This document shows, one piece after another, positions 49,524 through 63,784 of a stretch of 64,000 nucleotides of DNA; position 1 is the stretch's first letter; each line of letters begins with the position of its first letter. The position numbers were made by a program, and so were the translations under genes. The notes under the pieces are model-generated. The model was given only the letters and a program-made list of their open reading frames with translations, ran no database searches and had not been told where the DNA came from. Location: NCBI RefSeq assembly GCF_006345805.1, contig NW_021832835.1, positions 34,483 to 98,482 on the forward strand. Direction: 5' to 3'. The stretch comes from Octopus sinensis (lineage: Eukaryota).

Positions 49524-50209
49524 ATATATATATATGCGTGTGTATGTGTGTGTTTGTGTGCGTTTGTTTCTCTATTTACCACTACTTTAACACCTATCAC
49601 ACACACACACTTATAGACTTATAGCCCTATATACCTATATACAAACGCATCTAAGTAAGAAAATGTGCGCTTGTGCCACCATATCTCACATCGATCTCAA
49701 ACATGCCTATCTGATATCCTTTCTACTCTAAGCACAAGGCCACGCGTATCCAATATCGTAATTAAAAAGAAGAGAACTTTAAAGGTGAGGCAGGAAGGTA
49801 GAAGTGAGTGGGGAGGGTCACAAAATCATAGGAAGCCTAAGAAGGGCAGAGGTTTACAAGAGCATCAACAATAAGAACAAGGAAAAGATGGAGAAGAACA
49901 AAAAGGACAGCAGCAGCAAATACTGAGCTTCAGTGTTCGAATCGCTCGTGATCCATACATTTATAAAAGAAAAAAATTTCTCACAAGATATCTGGGTATG
50001 TTGTTGGAAAATAATTCTATTGCATAATTTGTGGGAAAAATTCCAATTTTAAACACTATATTCAAAAGGTTCCAGTGGTTTGTGTTTTGAAGGTCATTTA
50101 CAAAATCAAAAAAATAGCACAAGTTATTTTCAATGGGTTTTTTGTTTTGAAGAAATTTAGGTTCCATGAAATCCTTTTGACTAGAAACCCTTTCTTTTTT
50201 TTAGCGATA

Positions 50210-50600
50210 AACTTTTACATGTTTCAGTCATTAGACTGCGGTCATGCTGGGGCATCACCTTCAATAATTTTTAGTCGAATGTATCGAACCCAGTACTTTT
50301 TTGTAAGCCTGGTACTTATTCTATTGGATCTCTTTTGTCGAACCACTAAGTTACGAGGACATAAACATACCAGCAGCAGTTGTCAAACAGTGGTGGAGGG
50401 ACAGACAGACAGACACACACAAGCACACATACATATATACGATGAGTTTCTTTCATTTTCCGTCTACCAAATCCACTCACAAGACATTGGTCGGCCCGAG
50501 GTTAGAGTAGAAGGCACTTACCCAAGGTAACACACAGTGGGATTGAACCCGGGACCATGTGGTTGGGAGGCAAGCTTCTTACTAAACAGCAACGTCTGTG
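50210..50600 (-). mobile_element. SINE family A, full length, diverged
   Basis: Consensus match across tail, microsatellite and head. Confidence 0.85.
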
Positions 50601-51389
50601 CCTAATGTTATCTTTTCTGAAATAGTGTCGGAAGAATATTTTTCTAAAGAAAATTTTAGAGCTGTCGTGAAAGTGATCAGCAAATTAAGACACAACACAA
50701 CAAGTGCCGAGCGTTTGTTTTTCCAAACGGTGGAAATGGGGGAATATTTTACAAGAATTTTAAAGCTTATCACATCGTAACATTTAACTTCAAGGTCTCG
50801 ATTGTTCTAACAATTAAAACAAATAGAAATATGACAATATGTCTAATCACAAATGTATGAAAACACAGCGAGATACGATTTGTAAATAAGAAAATTTAGA
50901 TTTGATTGATTGGCTTGAAAAACTGTTTAAAAATGCGTCAATTCTTTTTTTCATTTCATTCAGTGTATGTGAAAACAAAATACGTCAACTATTTTTATGA
51001 CATGAGGGAAATGATGTATTTTAATGAAATTTATGTTAGTAATGATGTGCTATGAACGCATTTTATTTTCAATTAACTATTGCTGAAATTAAGTTAAAAT
51101 TATCTCAGGAGATATGTGGCCTAAGAATCAATAACTGACCCATAAATTACTTGATATATGTATTGCCTTTTTAAACAACGCATTCAATAACCTAGATAAT
51201 CCGGTCGGCTGCCGCAAAACGAACAACTGCTCAATATACACAACAGGAAGAAATATGGCGTTCAATAGTATTTCCTCTGCCCATGCTGAGTTCTAATTCT
51301 GCTCACTCTGAAATCTTTCCGATGCATTCACAATAACATGATTTCACTTAAACTATGACCGTATAAAACGTAAAATGCCCGACTTCCAT

Positions 51390-51760
51390 CATTCATTTGT
51401 TTCAGTCGTTGGACGGCGGTCAAGATGGGGTAACGTCTTGAAGGGTTTTATTCGAGCAGATCAACTCCAGCATCGTATTTTAAAGCTTGGTACTGGTATC
51501 ATTTCTTTTGCTGAACCGCTAAGTTACGATGACATAAAGAAAGCAACACCGGTTGCCGAACAATGGGACGGCGCGGGACAAACACAAACGCCCCCCCCCC
51601 CACCGTCCACAGGACTGGCTTCCACAGCTTCCGTCTCCCTACTTCCTTTACAAGGCTTTGGTTATGACAGAAAATACTTGCCTGGCGCGCAGTTGGACCG
51701 AACTCGAATCCCCATGGTTCCAAAGCGAGCTTCCTAACCACACAGCCATGCCTGCTTCTA
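51390..51760 (-). mobile_element. SINE family A, old copy
   Basis: ctgaaccgctaagttacg..acaaggctttggt..gaactcgaatcccatggtt..ccacacagccatgcctg. Confidence 0.7.
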
Positions 51761-52899
51761 TAAAAGGATGATTAGCGTCGCCATGAGTCGAACCCCAATC
51801 GACTGCTTAGAAGATGTCCAGTCTAAGCAACGATGCTGAGCAGTGTATTGTTTAAATGCTAATGACAATTATGGTATAGATGTTGTTGTTGTTGTTACAA
51901 ATGTGATAATAGGCCTGGGAGACGTGGTAGGAGTTGAAAAGAGAATGATGGAAATTTGTATCTGTTGTAAGCTATAGCATCGGGAATTACAAGTTCCCAA
52001 CAGGTCAATCACGGGTTTATCGAACTTCCGATCGTACGAGTAATAGAGAAGTGTGTGTGGACAGCTCAGATAGTTTGCGCTCAGAATGCACTCTTTTTGC
52101 AAACGCAGCGGTTTATTGCTGTTCCCACAGCGGGTGTACGTATGTGAGACTAAGGCCTTTCATTATTTCCCAGCCAAGGGAGAAATAAACTGACGTGTTT
52201 GTAGGACTTCTATGTTGGTTTATTTGTATTTTATAATACTTTGATACGGTATGGCCTGGGTTCCTCGTTAACAGGCTTCTGATATTCAATGAAATTTTAA
52301 GCGTTTATTGAGTGCAAATTAGTAGCTTCAGCTCCCTGAAATGGCTCGGTTTGATGTGTTTAGAAACGGATTGATGTAGACGCCTCTGATAAAACCTTAA
52401 TAAGGGTCGGAAATAGAATAAAACTGTTCATAAGTTTTTCTATTTATGGAGGTAATTTTTATGTTTGTATGTCTACAGCGGAGGTTCACACGCTCACACA
52501 CATCTATTTACACCCATACACTCACACACACACGCACATATCCATCTGTCCGTCTGTCTGTCTGTCTGTCTGTATGTATGTAGACTGAGAAACAAAATAT
52601 CTAATAGTCTGTTCGTTGTATTGTCTGAAAGTCCGTGTTAGAATAAATTCTTTGTTTTATAAACACAATTCTGAAGCTATAAACTGATACTACTTGCTTA
52701 CTTTGATGTTGTTACTTGTAGAAATAAACTGGCGGATTCGCAGGCAGCGATTATATTTATGACAGCACAGGATTGAATGGAACTGGCCATTGTGTCAGGT
52801 GATGATGGGAATTTGTGATACTTGATTCTCGTCAAAAAATGGCAAGGGAAGCGGTATGGCATTTTCATTAATTAAATATGAAGAGGAGAGTGAGTCTTA

Positions 52900-53470
52900 G
52901 CTTTAGACGTTTTGATCTTAAAAGACTCCCATCATCGAATCATTGTTTAAAGAGTATCTGCAAGATCCGAGATTGTTCTGTCCCCGAAATATTCCGTTAT
53001 CGCAAAACGAACACCAAGCAATAGAACAGAGGTTTGTTTCTGAGAGGCACTTGGATTCTCAAGTGGAATCTGTTAAAAGAATTTACTTTAGCCGTCCATA
53101 TTCGAATGTTTCGTCGGTTAAAGTTTTATTCTCATCTATGAATCGAACTCACATGTATCTCTCGTATATCTTCTGTTTGTCACCATATATGTGGTTTGTA
53201 CAGGTTTGCAATTCCCTGCAGGCAAGGTCTGATCTTAATCTGAATTGAAATACCTTTCCTTTATTTGATAACTTTATTTGCTGCAGTTGCTTTAATTTAC
53301 GATATATATTTTCCGCAAACATATTGGGAAGTTTCCCTTTCATCATCCGCTTCCACTGTGTCTTACTTTAAGTTGGCTACAGCTCTTTGATAGTTTAATA
53401 AGCTTTCTTCTTCCATTTTCTTCAGGTTTGCAAATCCCGAACGCATCTCCTTTTGGATGATTTATAGTTT
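52900..53470 (-). mobile_element. Old R4/Dong-like ORF fragment (pre-RT region)
   Basis: KRRCVRDLQ..IYRKLKQLQQIKL..KVFQFRLRSD..KQKIYE resembles E.LKQ..A..K..RY..R..QF.QN..F..K.FY in R4-clade ORFs; badly decayed. Confidence 0.35.
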
Positions 53471-53586
53471 GTTGTTTTTATGTTTTCTTTTTTTTTTTAT
53501 AATTAATTTTTGATCTTAAGTTTCAAAGTTATAAACTTTTTGGTTTCTGTCTGGATTGTAACATTAAAAGGTTAACGCTTAACACA

Positions 53587-53629
<43 letters not shown>

Positions 53630-53663
53630 ACTCTATGTATGTATATACACACATGTATGTATG

Positions 53664-53701
<38 letters not shown>

Positions 53702-53727
53702 TGTATATTTATATATATATGTTTGTA

Positions 53728-54070
<343 letters not shown>

Positions 54071-54412
54071 GTACATTTTGCATACGGATAACAGAGTACT
54101 CGTTAAACTCACCGGAACCCGTACAATCTCTGATGCCGCCGAAATAAACTGGAGTACACCAAAGTACTATTTAAGTACACTTAGAAAAGAAACGATGAAT
54201 GAACGAGTACAGACGTCACGTAAACAATTAAAGACGTTTAGAAATGTAAAGGATTTTGGTGATCTCTGTTTCAGACACCAAACTACAAATCATTCATCAC
54301 CAAACAACTCATATATATATATATATATGATGGCGGTGCCCCAGCATGGCCACAGCACGTGAGCTGAAACTAGATAAAATGAAAATGAAAATGAAAATGA
54401 TATATATATATA

Positions 54413-54449
54413 TTGACCACAGGTTCAGATATCAGCTTCGATCTTTTCC

Positions 54450-54488
<39 letters not shown>

Positions 54489-54558
54489 GTATGTATGTAT
54501 GAGTATATATATGTATGTATAACGGAAAAGATCGAAGCTGATCTGAACCTATGGTCAA
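54413..54558. repeat. Inverted repeat, ~40-bp arms around a (TA)/(TATG) spacer
   Basis: ttgaccacaggttcagatatcagcttcgatcttttcc versus ggaaaagatcgaagctgatctgaacctatggtcaa. Confidence 0.9.
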
Positions 54559-55169
54559 AGTTTCTGCTGATTAACTTCAGGTGTTAAGAACCTCCTGAAG
54601 CTTTTCAAAAAGGACACGATTCCCTCAATATCGACAGTCGAAGGCTTCGATCACTTTTGAATATTCTGTGATTTTGTTGGAAACTAGAAAAAGATCCAGC
54701 TTATAGAATAACATGAAATGTTTTGAGGTTTAACAACAAAAATACCACAAACAACTCTGCCTCAAAATACACTTTATATTCCTTTAGTGCGGTTACACAA
54801 TCTCATTGCGTTTTGCATTACTTTCTGCGCATCATTTTCTTATTTTCTTTGCTTTTCGACTGCGGCAGTTCTGTCATTCTTGACAGGTATATATATTTTC
54901 AAGATATAGGTTTTGCCTTCATTTAATGTCAGATGCAAATATCAATTGAAACTAATCAGATACAAACCATCCGCTATTTCACTCTTTTTCTTAACCTTCT
55001 ACTGTGGGATTCAAGATCAACTTTGAGGATAAAATGTTAGAAATCGTTGAAAAGACTTTATTTAAAATTTGCTGTTTCAGCAGTTGTGTTGTTACCTGTT
55101 CACAATGCTTTCAGAAACATTGGCCATCAAAAGAATGAGACGACCTACAGCAAAATGCAACATGTTGTT

Positions 55170-55500
55170 ATTATTACTGAGTAAGAGAGCGGTGCCCTCA
55201 TGCACTCCCAACAAGGATATCGTGGACCAGGGTTGGTTTCAATATCTCCCGATCTTAGGATGCACAGATGGTGGAGGAACAGCGAAGTTGGGTAGGCGGC
55301 TCTTGAAAACTTGACCCGGGGTGTAGGGGTGTGGGTGGGGGCTGGAGCCATCGCGTCCCGGGTTGTGGAAAAAAATTTCCAGCCGGTAGTTGTTGGTTGA
55401 GAACTGTTCGTGGCCAGTTGGCCCGTCCAACACCACTGGGAGGCCGTTCTCGAGTTGAGGCTGCGGTTTGTGCTCATACCACGTCTTGCCTTTCTGTAGC
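55170..55500 (-). mobile_element. 5' fragment of an APE-type LINE carrying a 2A/StopGo peptide and the start of a PHD-like finger
   Basis: Minus frame: ..SLFLHHLCILRSGDIETNPGPRYPCWEC.. D(I)E(T)NPG-P at 55249->55223 is the canonical DxExNPGP motif with an upstream hydrophobic helix, followed by CxxC. Confidence 0.75.
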
Positions 55501-55755
55501 CCCTACTTATCACACAGTTCCCAGTGTAGGACTTTCTTTACCAGATCGTGTCTCCACAACTTGTAATGGTTTTGGGAACGTCTAGGGCATTCGTTCGCAA
55601 TATTGGCAATGGTTTCATCCTCTCTGTTATAGATGTGGCACAGCGGAGACACTTGTTGATTCCTAAGGTTGACCCTCCAATTCGTGGCCAAAGATTGGTC
55701 TTTCGCTGCCAGTATAGTGCTCTTCTTTTGTTTTCCAGCAACTTTAGTCGTAACT
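55500..55755 (-). mobile_element. R4/Dong-clade internal fragment next to (AAT)n
   Basis: LAAKDQSLATNW..PLCHIYNREDETIANIANECP..WRHDLVKKVLHWELC; array at 55759-55822. Confidence 0.8.
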
Positions 55756-55756
55756 A

Positions 55757-55820
<64 letters not shown>

Positions 55821-56084
55821 GTTTACCTGTAGATTACTGATATATAGTGATTATTTTAATTTGATATTGACGTAGGTGTCTCTATGGTAGAGTGGTTAAA
55901 AAGTTCGTTCCGTAAACCGTTCGTTTCGTCTTTTCGGTTCCACTCCTGCATCCACCATCAGCCAGCATCCGCTCCTATATTCCCAGGTCGACTCTTCAAG
56001 TCTTTTGAGAGAATATTCACATACAAAGTGAAAACCATGGAGTTGTATTATTTCTTGCGTATCTCTTCTATCTTTTATTTGTTT

Positions 56085-56321
56085 TAGGACTGCGGCCATG
56101 CTGGGATACCACCTTGAGTGTTTGTCGAGTGAATCGACCGCAGAACTTTTTTTAAGACTGGTACTTGTCATACCAGTTTCTTTTGCCGAACCACTAAGTT
56201 ACGCGGACATAAACACACCAATACCGGTTGTCAAGTGGTGCTGGGGGACAAACACAGACAAACACCCGCACACACAGACGCATCCATCCATCCATCCGTC
56301 TGTCCGTCCGCCCGTTCGCCC

Positions 56322-56393
<72 letters not shown>

Positions 56394-56444
56394 GCATATC
56401 TCTCTGTCTATCTGTCTTTCTGTCTGTCTGTCTGTCTGCCTGTC

Positions 56445-56477
<33 letters not shown>

Positions 56478-56670
56478 ACATACATACATACGCACATACA
56501 TACATACATACATACGACGGACTTCTTTCAGTTGCTGTCAACTAAATCCACTCACAAGGCTTTGGTCGGCTATGCGGAAGATTCTTGCTTAAGATGCCAC
56601 GCAGTGGGACTGAACCTCGGAACCTAGTAGTTGGGAAGCAAATTATTTACACACAGGCACGCCTGCGCCT
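56085..56670 (-). mobile_element. SINE family A with its internal microsatellite expanded to ~240 bp
   Basis: Tail 56085-56275, (ATCT/GTCT/CATA)n 56280-56515, head 56516-56670. Confidence 0.85.
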
Positions 56671-56923
56671 TTATATATATATATATATATGGAATACATG
56701 TAAATACGCATAAACAAACACTCGTACACAGACACTAATTCATATGTCTGTGTGAATTCATGCACGTATGTATGTATGACGATGCGTGTATACATGTATA
56801 TGTATACACTCTCAGAAACAATCAAACAAACGAAGAATACACAAATGCAGAACAATACAAGATATTGTATTCTTCCACCCCTCCCCACTCAATTGCTTTC
56901 AAATAGCACCCATGGTACCGTAC

Positions 56924-57041
56924 CTGTGTGAAGGAATATGGCATCAATATAACAACTGATGAAAGGACCGCCACAAATTGATTCTTTGACCATAATTTTT
57001 CAGATTGTTTCATGTCAGCACTTTAAGTTATTTGCCAAACT
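56924..57041 (-). CDS. Candidate first coding exon encoding a signal-peptide-like MKQSEKLWSKNQFVAVLSSVVILMPYSFTQ
   Basis: Polypyrimidine tract plus ccag acceptor at 57042, ATG at 57013, 30 codons, then a phase-0 donor CAG|GTACGG at 56923. No homology recognised and no partner exon found. Confidence 0.3.
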
Positions 57042-57214
57042 CTGGAGACTTCACATGTAATAAAAAAGAAAAAAAAAGAAAAAGAGAAATTCGCAACAAT
57101 ATGGCGGCTCTGGTTGCGTTTTATATTTGAGAAAAAACAGCACTGCTTTGCACCTCATCTACGTACTATATGAATGCATGTATACATACATATATACATG
57201 GACAAATACATACA

Positions 57215-57248
<34 letters not shown>

Positions 57249-57317
57249 CATACATACATACATACATACATACATACATACATACAAACATATAAACATA
57301 CATACATACATGCATAA

Positions 57318-57348
<31 letters not shown>

Positions 57349-57954
57349 CATACATACATACATACATACATACATACATAAATACATACATACATGCACA
57401 CATACATACATGCACACATATATACATGCATACACACATACATACATACATACATACATACATAATACATACATACATACATAATACATACATACATACA
57501 TACATACATGCACACATATATACATACATAGATACATACATACATACATTCATACATACATACATACATGTAACTACCTGTCCACATCATGTGTGTGTGT
57601 GTGTGTGTGTGTGCGTGTGCGTGCGTATCAATCTATCAATCAATCTTTTGATTTCTCTGTCTCTCTTATATGTATGTATATACACATACACATCAATATG
57701 TATGTATGTATACACACACACATATAAAAATATACAGATAGAAATTTACACACACACACACATACACATGCATGTATGTATGCTTCTATATGTCAGTCTA
57801 ATTTTCTGTGCATCCTTTTCTCCCCCTTGCTTTGAGAGTATATGTGTGTGTGTATGTGTGTGTGTGTGCGCGCGCGTGTGTGTGTTTGTGTGTGTGTGTG
57901 AGTGTGTGTGTGTATGCATATATGTATTCACATGCTCTCTTTACTCTTTACTCT

Positions 57955-58069
57955 TTTACTTGTTTCAGTCATTTGACTGCGGCCATGCTGGAGCACCGCA
58001 TTTAGTCGAGCAAATCGACCCCGGCATCAGTTGTCAAACAATGCTAGGGGGACAAACACAGACACACAA

Positions 58070-58132
<63 letters not shown>

Positions 58133-58287
58133 GCTTCTTTCAGTTTCCGTCTACCAAATCCACTCACAAGGCTTTGGTCGGCCCGAGGCTATAGCAGAAG
58201 ACACTTGCCCAAGATGCCACGCAGTGGGACTGAACCCGGAACCATGTGGTTGGTAAGCAAGCTACTTACCACACAGCCACTCCTACA
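57955..58287 (-). mobile_element. SINE family A with internal deletion
   Basis: The tail jumps from aaatcgacccc to ggcatcagttgtcaa; the head is intact. Confidence 0.88.
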
Positions 58288-58787
58288 CTCACATGCAGAG
58301 AATGATATATAGATAGACAAAGAGAGGAAGATACATACACGCATACATATACGGCTGCATGTATAATTCCCAGGGGCCGTGTCTAAGTAAACCACTTCCC
58401 CCTCCCAGTCTCTCGCTTTTGCCTTCGAATACTCTCTTTACATATTTTGACGCACCGGCCTTAACCGTATTAAGTACATTCTTATTTAAGTGCACACATA
58501 TTCTGTAATCTCAATTCCGGATGGATAATAGCATCCCATGCGTTGTTTATCTTGCAAAACTGATACTATTTACACCATGGAAATATCACCCTTTGCTTTT
58601 CTTCGAATTTATGATCCAAATATTTCGCTGTGACACTCAACACTCACTTAAACAAACATTATACTTTTGTCAACACATCGAATCCATAAGGAACAGATTA
58701 CTTTGTTTGACATCAGTGGAAGTGGAACGAGGCTGTAAATGTATGCGTATAGACACAACATTTGAACATGTACACGTATATATTATA

Positions 58788-58842
<55 letters not shown>

Positions 58843-59235
58843 TATATATTACACACACACACACACATTTGCAAACACACACAACACACACTACATACAT
58901 ATATACACACATATGCATATATATATGTGTGTGAGTGTGTGCGTCCGTGTGTGTGCGTGCGTGTGTGTGTGGTGTAGAAGTAACTTCGTAGTAACTATGT
59001 TCTTTTAGGTTCGATAGTAATGGTTCGATCACAAGGCACGGCAGCTTGGATTTGGTAAGACAAGCATCTTCTTCGTTTCCTCCTCCTCCTCCTCTTCCTC
59101 TTCCTCCTCCTCCTCCGCACCCCCCCTTCCCTCCTTTTCCTCTTCCTCCTCCTCCTCCTCCTACTGTTGCTGCTGCTACACTTAGTTGGATCTATTTAAC
59201 TCGTTGGATCTATTTAACCAAAGCAACCTACGTAC

Positions 59236-59295
<60 letters not shown>

Positions 59296-59464
59296 TATCT
59301 ATCTATTATCTATTTTTATGATCTATCTATCTATCTATATCTATCTATCTATCTATCTATCTATATATCTATCTATCATCTATCTATCTATCCATCTATC
59401 TATCTATCTATCTATCTATCCATCCATCTATCTATGATCTATCTATCTATCTATCTATCTATCC

Positions 59465-59510
<46 letters not shown>

Positions 59511-59552
59511 ATATCTATCCATTATCTATCTATCTATCTATCTATCTCTATC

Positions 59553-59610
<58 letters not shown>

Positions 59611-59616
59611 TATCCA

Positions 59617-59655
<39 letters not shown>

Positions 59656-59674
59656 ATCTATCTATCCATCTATA

Positions 59675-59734
<60 letters not shown>

Positions 59735-59744
59735 CATATATCTA

Positions 59745-59780
<36 letters not shown>

Positions 59781-59784
59781 ATAT

Positions 59785-59823
<39 letters not shown>

Positions 59824-60541
59824 CATCCATCTATCTATCTATCTATCATCTATCTATCTATCTATATCTATCTATCTTCATCTATCTATCTATCTATCTA
59901 TATCTATCATCTATCTATCTATCTATCATCTATCTATTCTATCTATCTATCTATCTATCAAACTATCTATCTATCTGTCTGACTGCCTGCCTGCCTATAA
60001 TAAAGCAATACAATGATATCTATTACTTGTTCGCGATTTTTTCAATAAACCGTGGAACTGTTCTATCAATCAAATTGCTGGATCAAGTATTCAAAACCAT
60101 CAGAAAAGACACAAAGCTTACGTAAATTCGTACATTATTAAAAAAAAAACAACAACAACTAAAACCTGTAAGCTCATTACGATTATCGACGAGATACAAC
60201 TGTGTACAAAAGCGGAAAGGTCATCAACACAGAATGCCCTGCACATGGTGTTCATGAAACGTTACCCTATATCAGCGTTAGACGCTTTCCTTTGCCCCTG
60301 AGTTGATATCTGTCATTTAGGCAGCTATCCAGCTTCCCATCTTTACTAATACCATACACTTAATAAATATGTTGGCATTTTACTACGGTATTGATTTCCA
60401 AGGTGTACCACTGGCAGCAGCAAAACTTACGCTTTTCCGATGACTTCTGAAAAACCTACTTTAAAAGTTTTTCTACGAACATCTTTCTGATCCCTATTCA
60501 CATTCATGACACTCGTTATATATATATAATATATATATATG

Positions 60542-60791
60542 AAAGGAAATGAAGAAAATGCTGACAAAATAATTTAAGTAATTTAAGTAATTTAATTAGG
60601 TGAAGTTCTTTTTACCGGTTGCGCATTTGTTATGCTTATCAAAAGATATTTTTTTAAGAGAGATAGAGTTCCTTTCTGATAGATTTTCTTTTGATAAGCA
60701 TAACAAATGCGCAACCGGTAAAAAGAACTTTCACCTAATTAAATTACTTAAATTACTTAATTATTTTGTCAGCATTTTCTTCATTTCCTTT
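60542..60791. repeat. Inverted repeat, ~105-bp arms, 40-nt spacer
   Basis: 60542-60646 versus 60687-60791, differing by two 1-nt indels. Each arm holds a decayed hammerhead (cttt-TGATAA-gcat..atgc-GCAACCGGTA-aaaag). Confidence 0.93.
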
Positions 60792-60827
60792 TATATATCA
60801 CAACTCGTGTTCCACATCTCCTTTTTT

Positions 60828-60872
<45 letters not shown>

Positions 60873-60892
60873 TATATATATACATACATATA

Positions 60893-61090
60893 TAGGGAGA
60901 GCTTACGAAAAAAACAAAAGACGAAGACAGGTGGTGTACAAAACAAACAGATGTATTAGTATAACGCTCAGAATAGAAAAAGTCTTTTACGTTTCGAGCC
61001 TACGCTCTTCTACAGAAAGGGACATAGAAAAAACAAGGAGAGAAAAGGAGAGAAAAAAATGTGTGTAGTAGCTAACGATCTATCATGGCG
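60893..61090 (-). mobile_element. Family D copy (hammerhead-like motif 60984-61019)
   Basis: Near-identical to 35780-36030. Confidence 0.8.
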
Positions 61091-61121
<31 letters not shown>

Positions 61122-61149
61122 TATATATATATATTTTTTTTCTTTCTTT

Positions 61150-61682
<533 letters not shown>

Positions 61683-61696
61683 TATAAATATATATA

Positions 61697-61735
<39 letters not shown>

Positions 61736-61736
61736 C

Positions 61737-61804
61737 ATTTAAAGCAGCAGAAAATTCAACAAAAAGAATTTTTTTTTTTTGTTGAATTTTCTGCTGCTTT
61801 AAAT
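61737..61804. repeat. Short hairpin, ~32-bp arms
   Basis: atttaaagcagcagaaaattcaacaaaaa versus tttttgttgaattttctgctgctttaaat. Confidence 0.9.
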
Positions 61805-61906
61805 AAAGCATATTACTCTACCACTGGTATCTGAGTACTCTTTTTTCCACCTTGTTTCACATTTATGTGTTTACTCCGGTATATATATATATATATACAC
61901 ATGCAT

Positions 61907-61949
<43 letters not shown>

Positions 61950-61954
61950 ACGGG

Positions 61955-62095
61955 AAGCTTTATGAAAATAAACAAAAGACGAAGGCAGGTGGAAAACAAA
62001 CGAACAATTGTATTAGTATGGCGCTCAGGAAATATAAATAAAACAAGTCTTTAACGTTTCGAGCCTACGCTCTTCAACAGAAAGATACAGAGAGA
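61955..62095 (-). mobile_element. Family D variant (hammerhead-like motif 62049-62084)
   Basis: aacaaaagacgaag.caggtgg..gtattagtat..cgctcaggaa..cgtttcgagcctacgctcttcaacagaaag. Confidence 0.7.
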
Positions 62096-62679
62096 GAGAA
62101 AAACATATATATACATACACAAACACACATACACACACTGCATTATTTATTTATTGATATTGCTTTCATCCCTTCACTGATTTTCTTGCTCTGTCATTCT
62201 CATTCGTATTATATACTCTGATTGCCCCCTCCCCCCCGCACCACTATCAAAATATTCCTCTTCTTGATTTAGCTTTCATTATTGCTAGAATATCGTAGTT
62301 ACGTATTTTATTTGCGATAAACGAATGTGTTTGATCATGTTTGGATCAGATGGTTTAAAGTGGTTGTTGACAGCTGGTCAGAACGCAGTAAGTACGTCCG
62401 TTGTTATGGCATTCTATCGACTAAGCTCCTTGTTTGATGATTAGCCTGCATGGATGCTAATCAGAAACATTCGCGATTGTTTTATAAATAACAAAACTTC
62501 TGAAAATAAGAAAAGAAACTCGGATTCAGAATTATGCTAAAATTCGCAATTATATCTCCCTCTGTAATATAGAGGGCGTTTTACTTTTGATGTTAATCCT
62601 AGTTAAGAAAGAAACTACAAATTAGTAAAATTTACAATTTTTTTCCATGTTATTCTTCCTGAATAGTGATGACTTTCTC

Positions 62680-62830
62680 GGTTTTCCATGTTTGGCAACA
62701 TTATGGTAATGTCGTCCGCGTATGCACTGACGGTTCTCCTGTCTTCAAGTCTGCGCGGGATGCCTCGCATTGACTCCAACTTCTGTTAAAAGACGTTCTA
62801 CGCCGAGTGTTCTATAAGTCGTCATTTTGT
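62680..62830 (-). mobile_element. L1/Tx1-type RT fragment
   Basis: Minus translation ..QKLESMRGIPRRLEDRRTVSAYADDITIM contains the RT YADD motif. Confidence 0.65.
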
Positions 62831-62935
62831 TTGACGAATTTGATAGTGAGTCCTTATATTCATCAAAGAATGGCAACTTGGAAACGTAACAAAAGTCCTT
62901 GTATTCTTGTTAACCGAAAAAAATATATATACATA

Positions 62936-63000
62936 CTAGCATTATTGCCCGGCTCGTGCGCTCGTGCGCTCGTGCGTTCTATGCACGCACGAATTAAGCT
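62936..63000 (-). mobile_element. Helitron 3' terminus (second family)
   Basis: a|ctagc attattgcccgg.. has the same CTAG|T end geometry as 1356, with a GC-rich subterminal block containing gctcgtgc x3. The 5' end was not located. Confidence 0.5.
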
Positions 63001-63784
63001 AAACTTGGATGAAGTTCAACCAAAATTCAATTATTTTGGTTTTAAAATCAAGCTTTAATGCCCTCTATTTTTGTACTTATGTGTTCCATTTCCTCAATAG
63101 GAAATACATAGAAGCGTTTCATAAATTTTTGTCGATCAAATAATTGCATTGTTGAATTATTCTTTTAGATCAGTATTTCTCAACGGGGATTTCAGGGGAG
63201 AGTTTCAGGGAGTCGCTGGCGATGTATCGTGATGTCAAAAATCTGGCCTGCTAAAATTTGGTTAAAGTGATTCAACTGCAGACTCATCACGCAAAATGGT
63301 CACATTTAATTCAAAGCGTTAAAAATGTTATGCAAAACATTGGTATGTGTTCACAAAGTCCAAACGATTAATACGAAAAACCCTCCAGGCTACATCCCGA
63401 AAATTCATTTCTTTGCCGAATTTCTACAATGTTTACGGCGATTCGTTTTTATATCTTGATTTCTTATTTTTCATGCAATTTACGCATGCTTGCACGCGTG
63501 GTGAACACAGTTCACGTCAAACAGCTGACTGAGTAAAGTTCACTATTCAATGGATGGGATAAGGCCTAAACAAACACATTATTGCACTTGCGAGATGAAT
63601 TTCGGAACAGAAATAGCGCAGTTCAATTTTCATTCGCCTAAACTTTAAGTGACCCATTTTTGGTGGTTCTACGATTTGTTGGCTAGGATGAGATGTGCCG
63701 GGAAGTTAAACACACAGACACACACACAGAGATACACATACAGACACACAAGTAGAGTTATATATATATAGATATATATATGTA

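Noticed and set aside
50582-50773. ORF ending FSLEKYSSDTISEKITLGTDV resembling a cadherin repeat start
   Set aside because: The GTDVAV part is the SINE A head read in frame; the ORF stops there and has no donor site.
55096-55144. 49-nt minus-strand mini-exon with good splice sites (GRLILLMANVSESIVN)
   Set aside because: Its only open frame is phase 1->2, incompatible with the phase-0 donor at 56923; such site pairs arise by chance.
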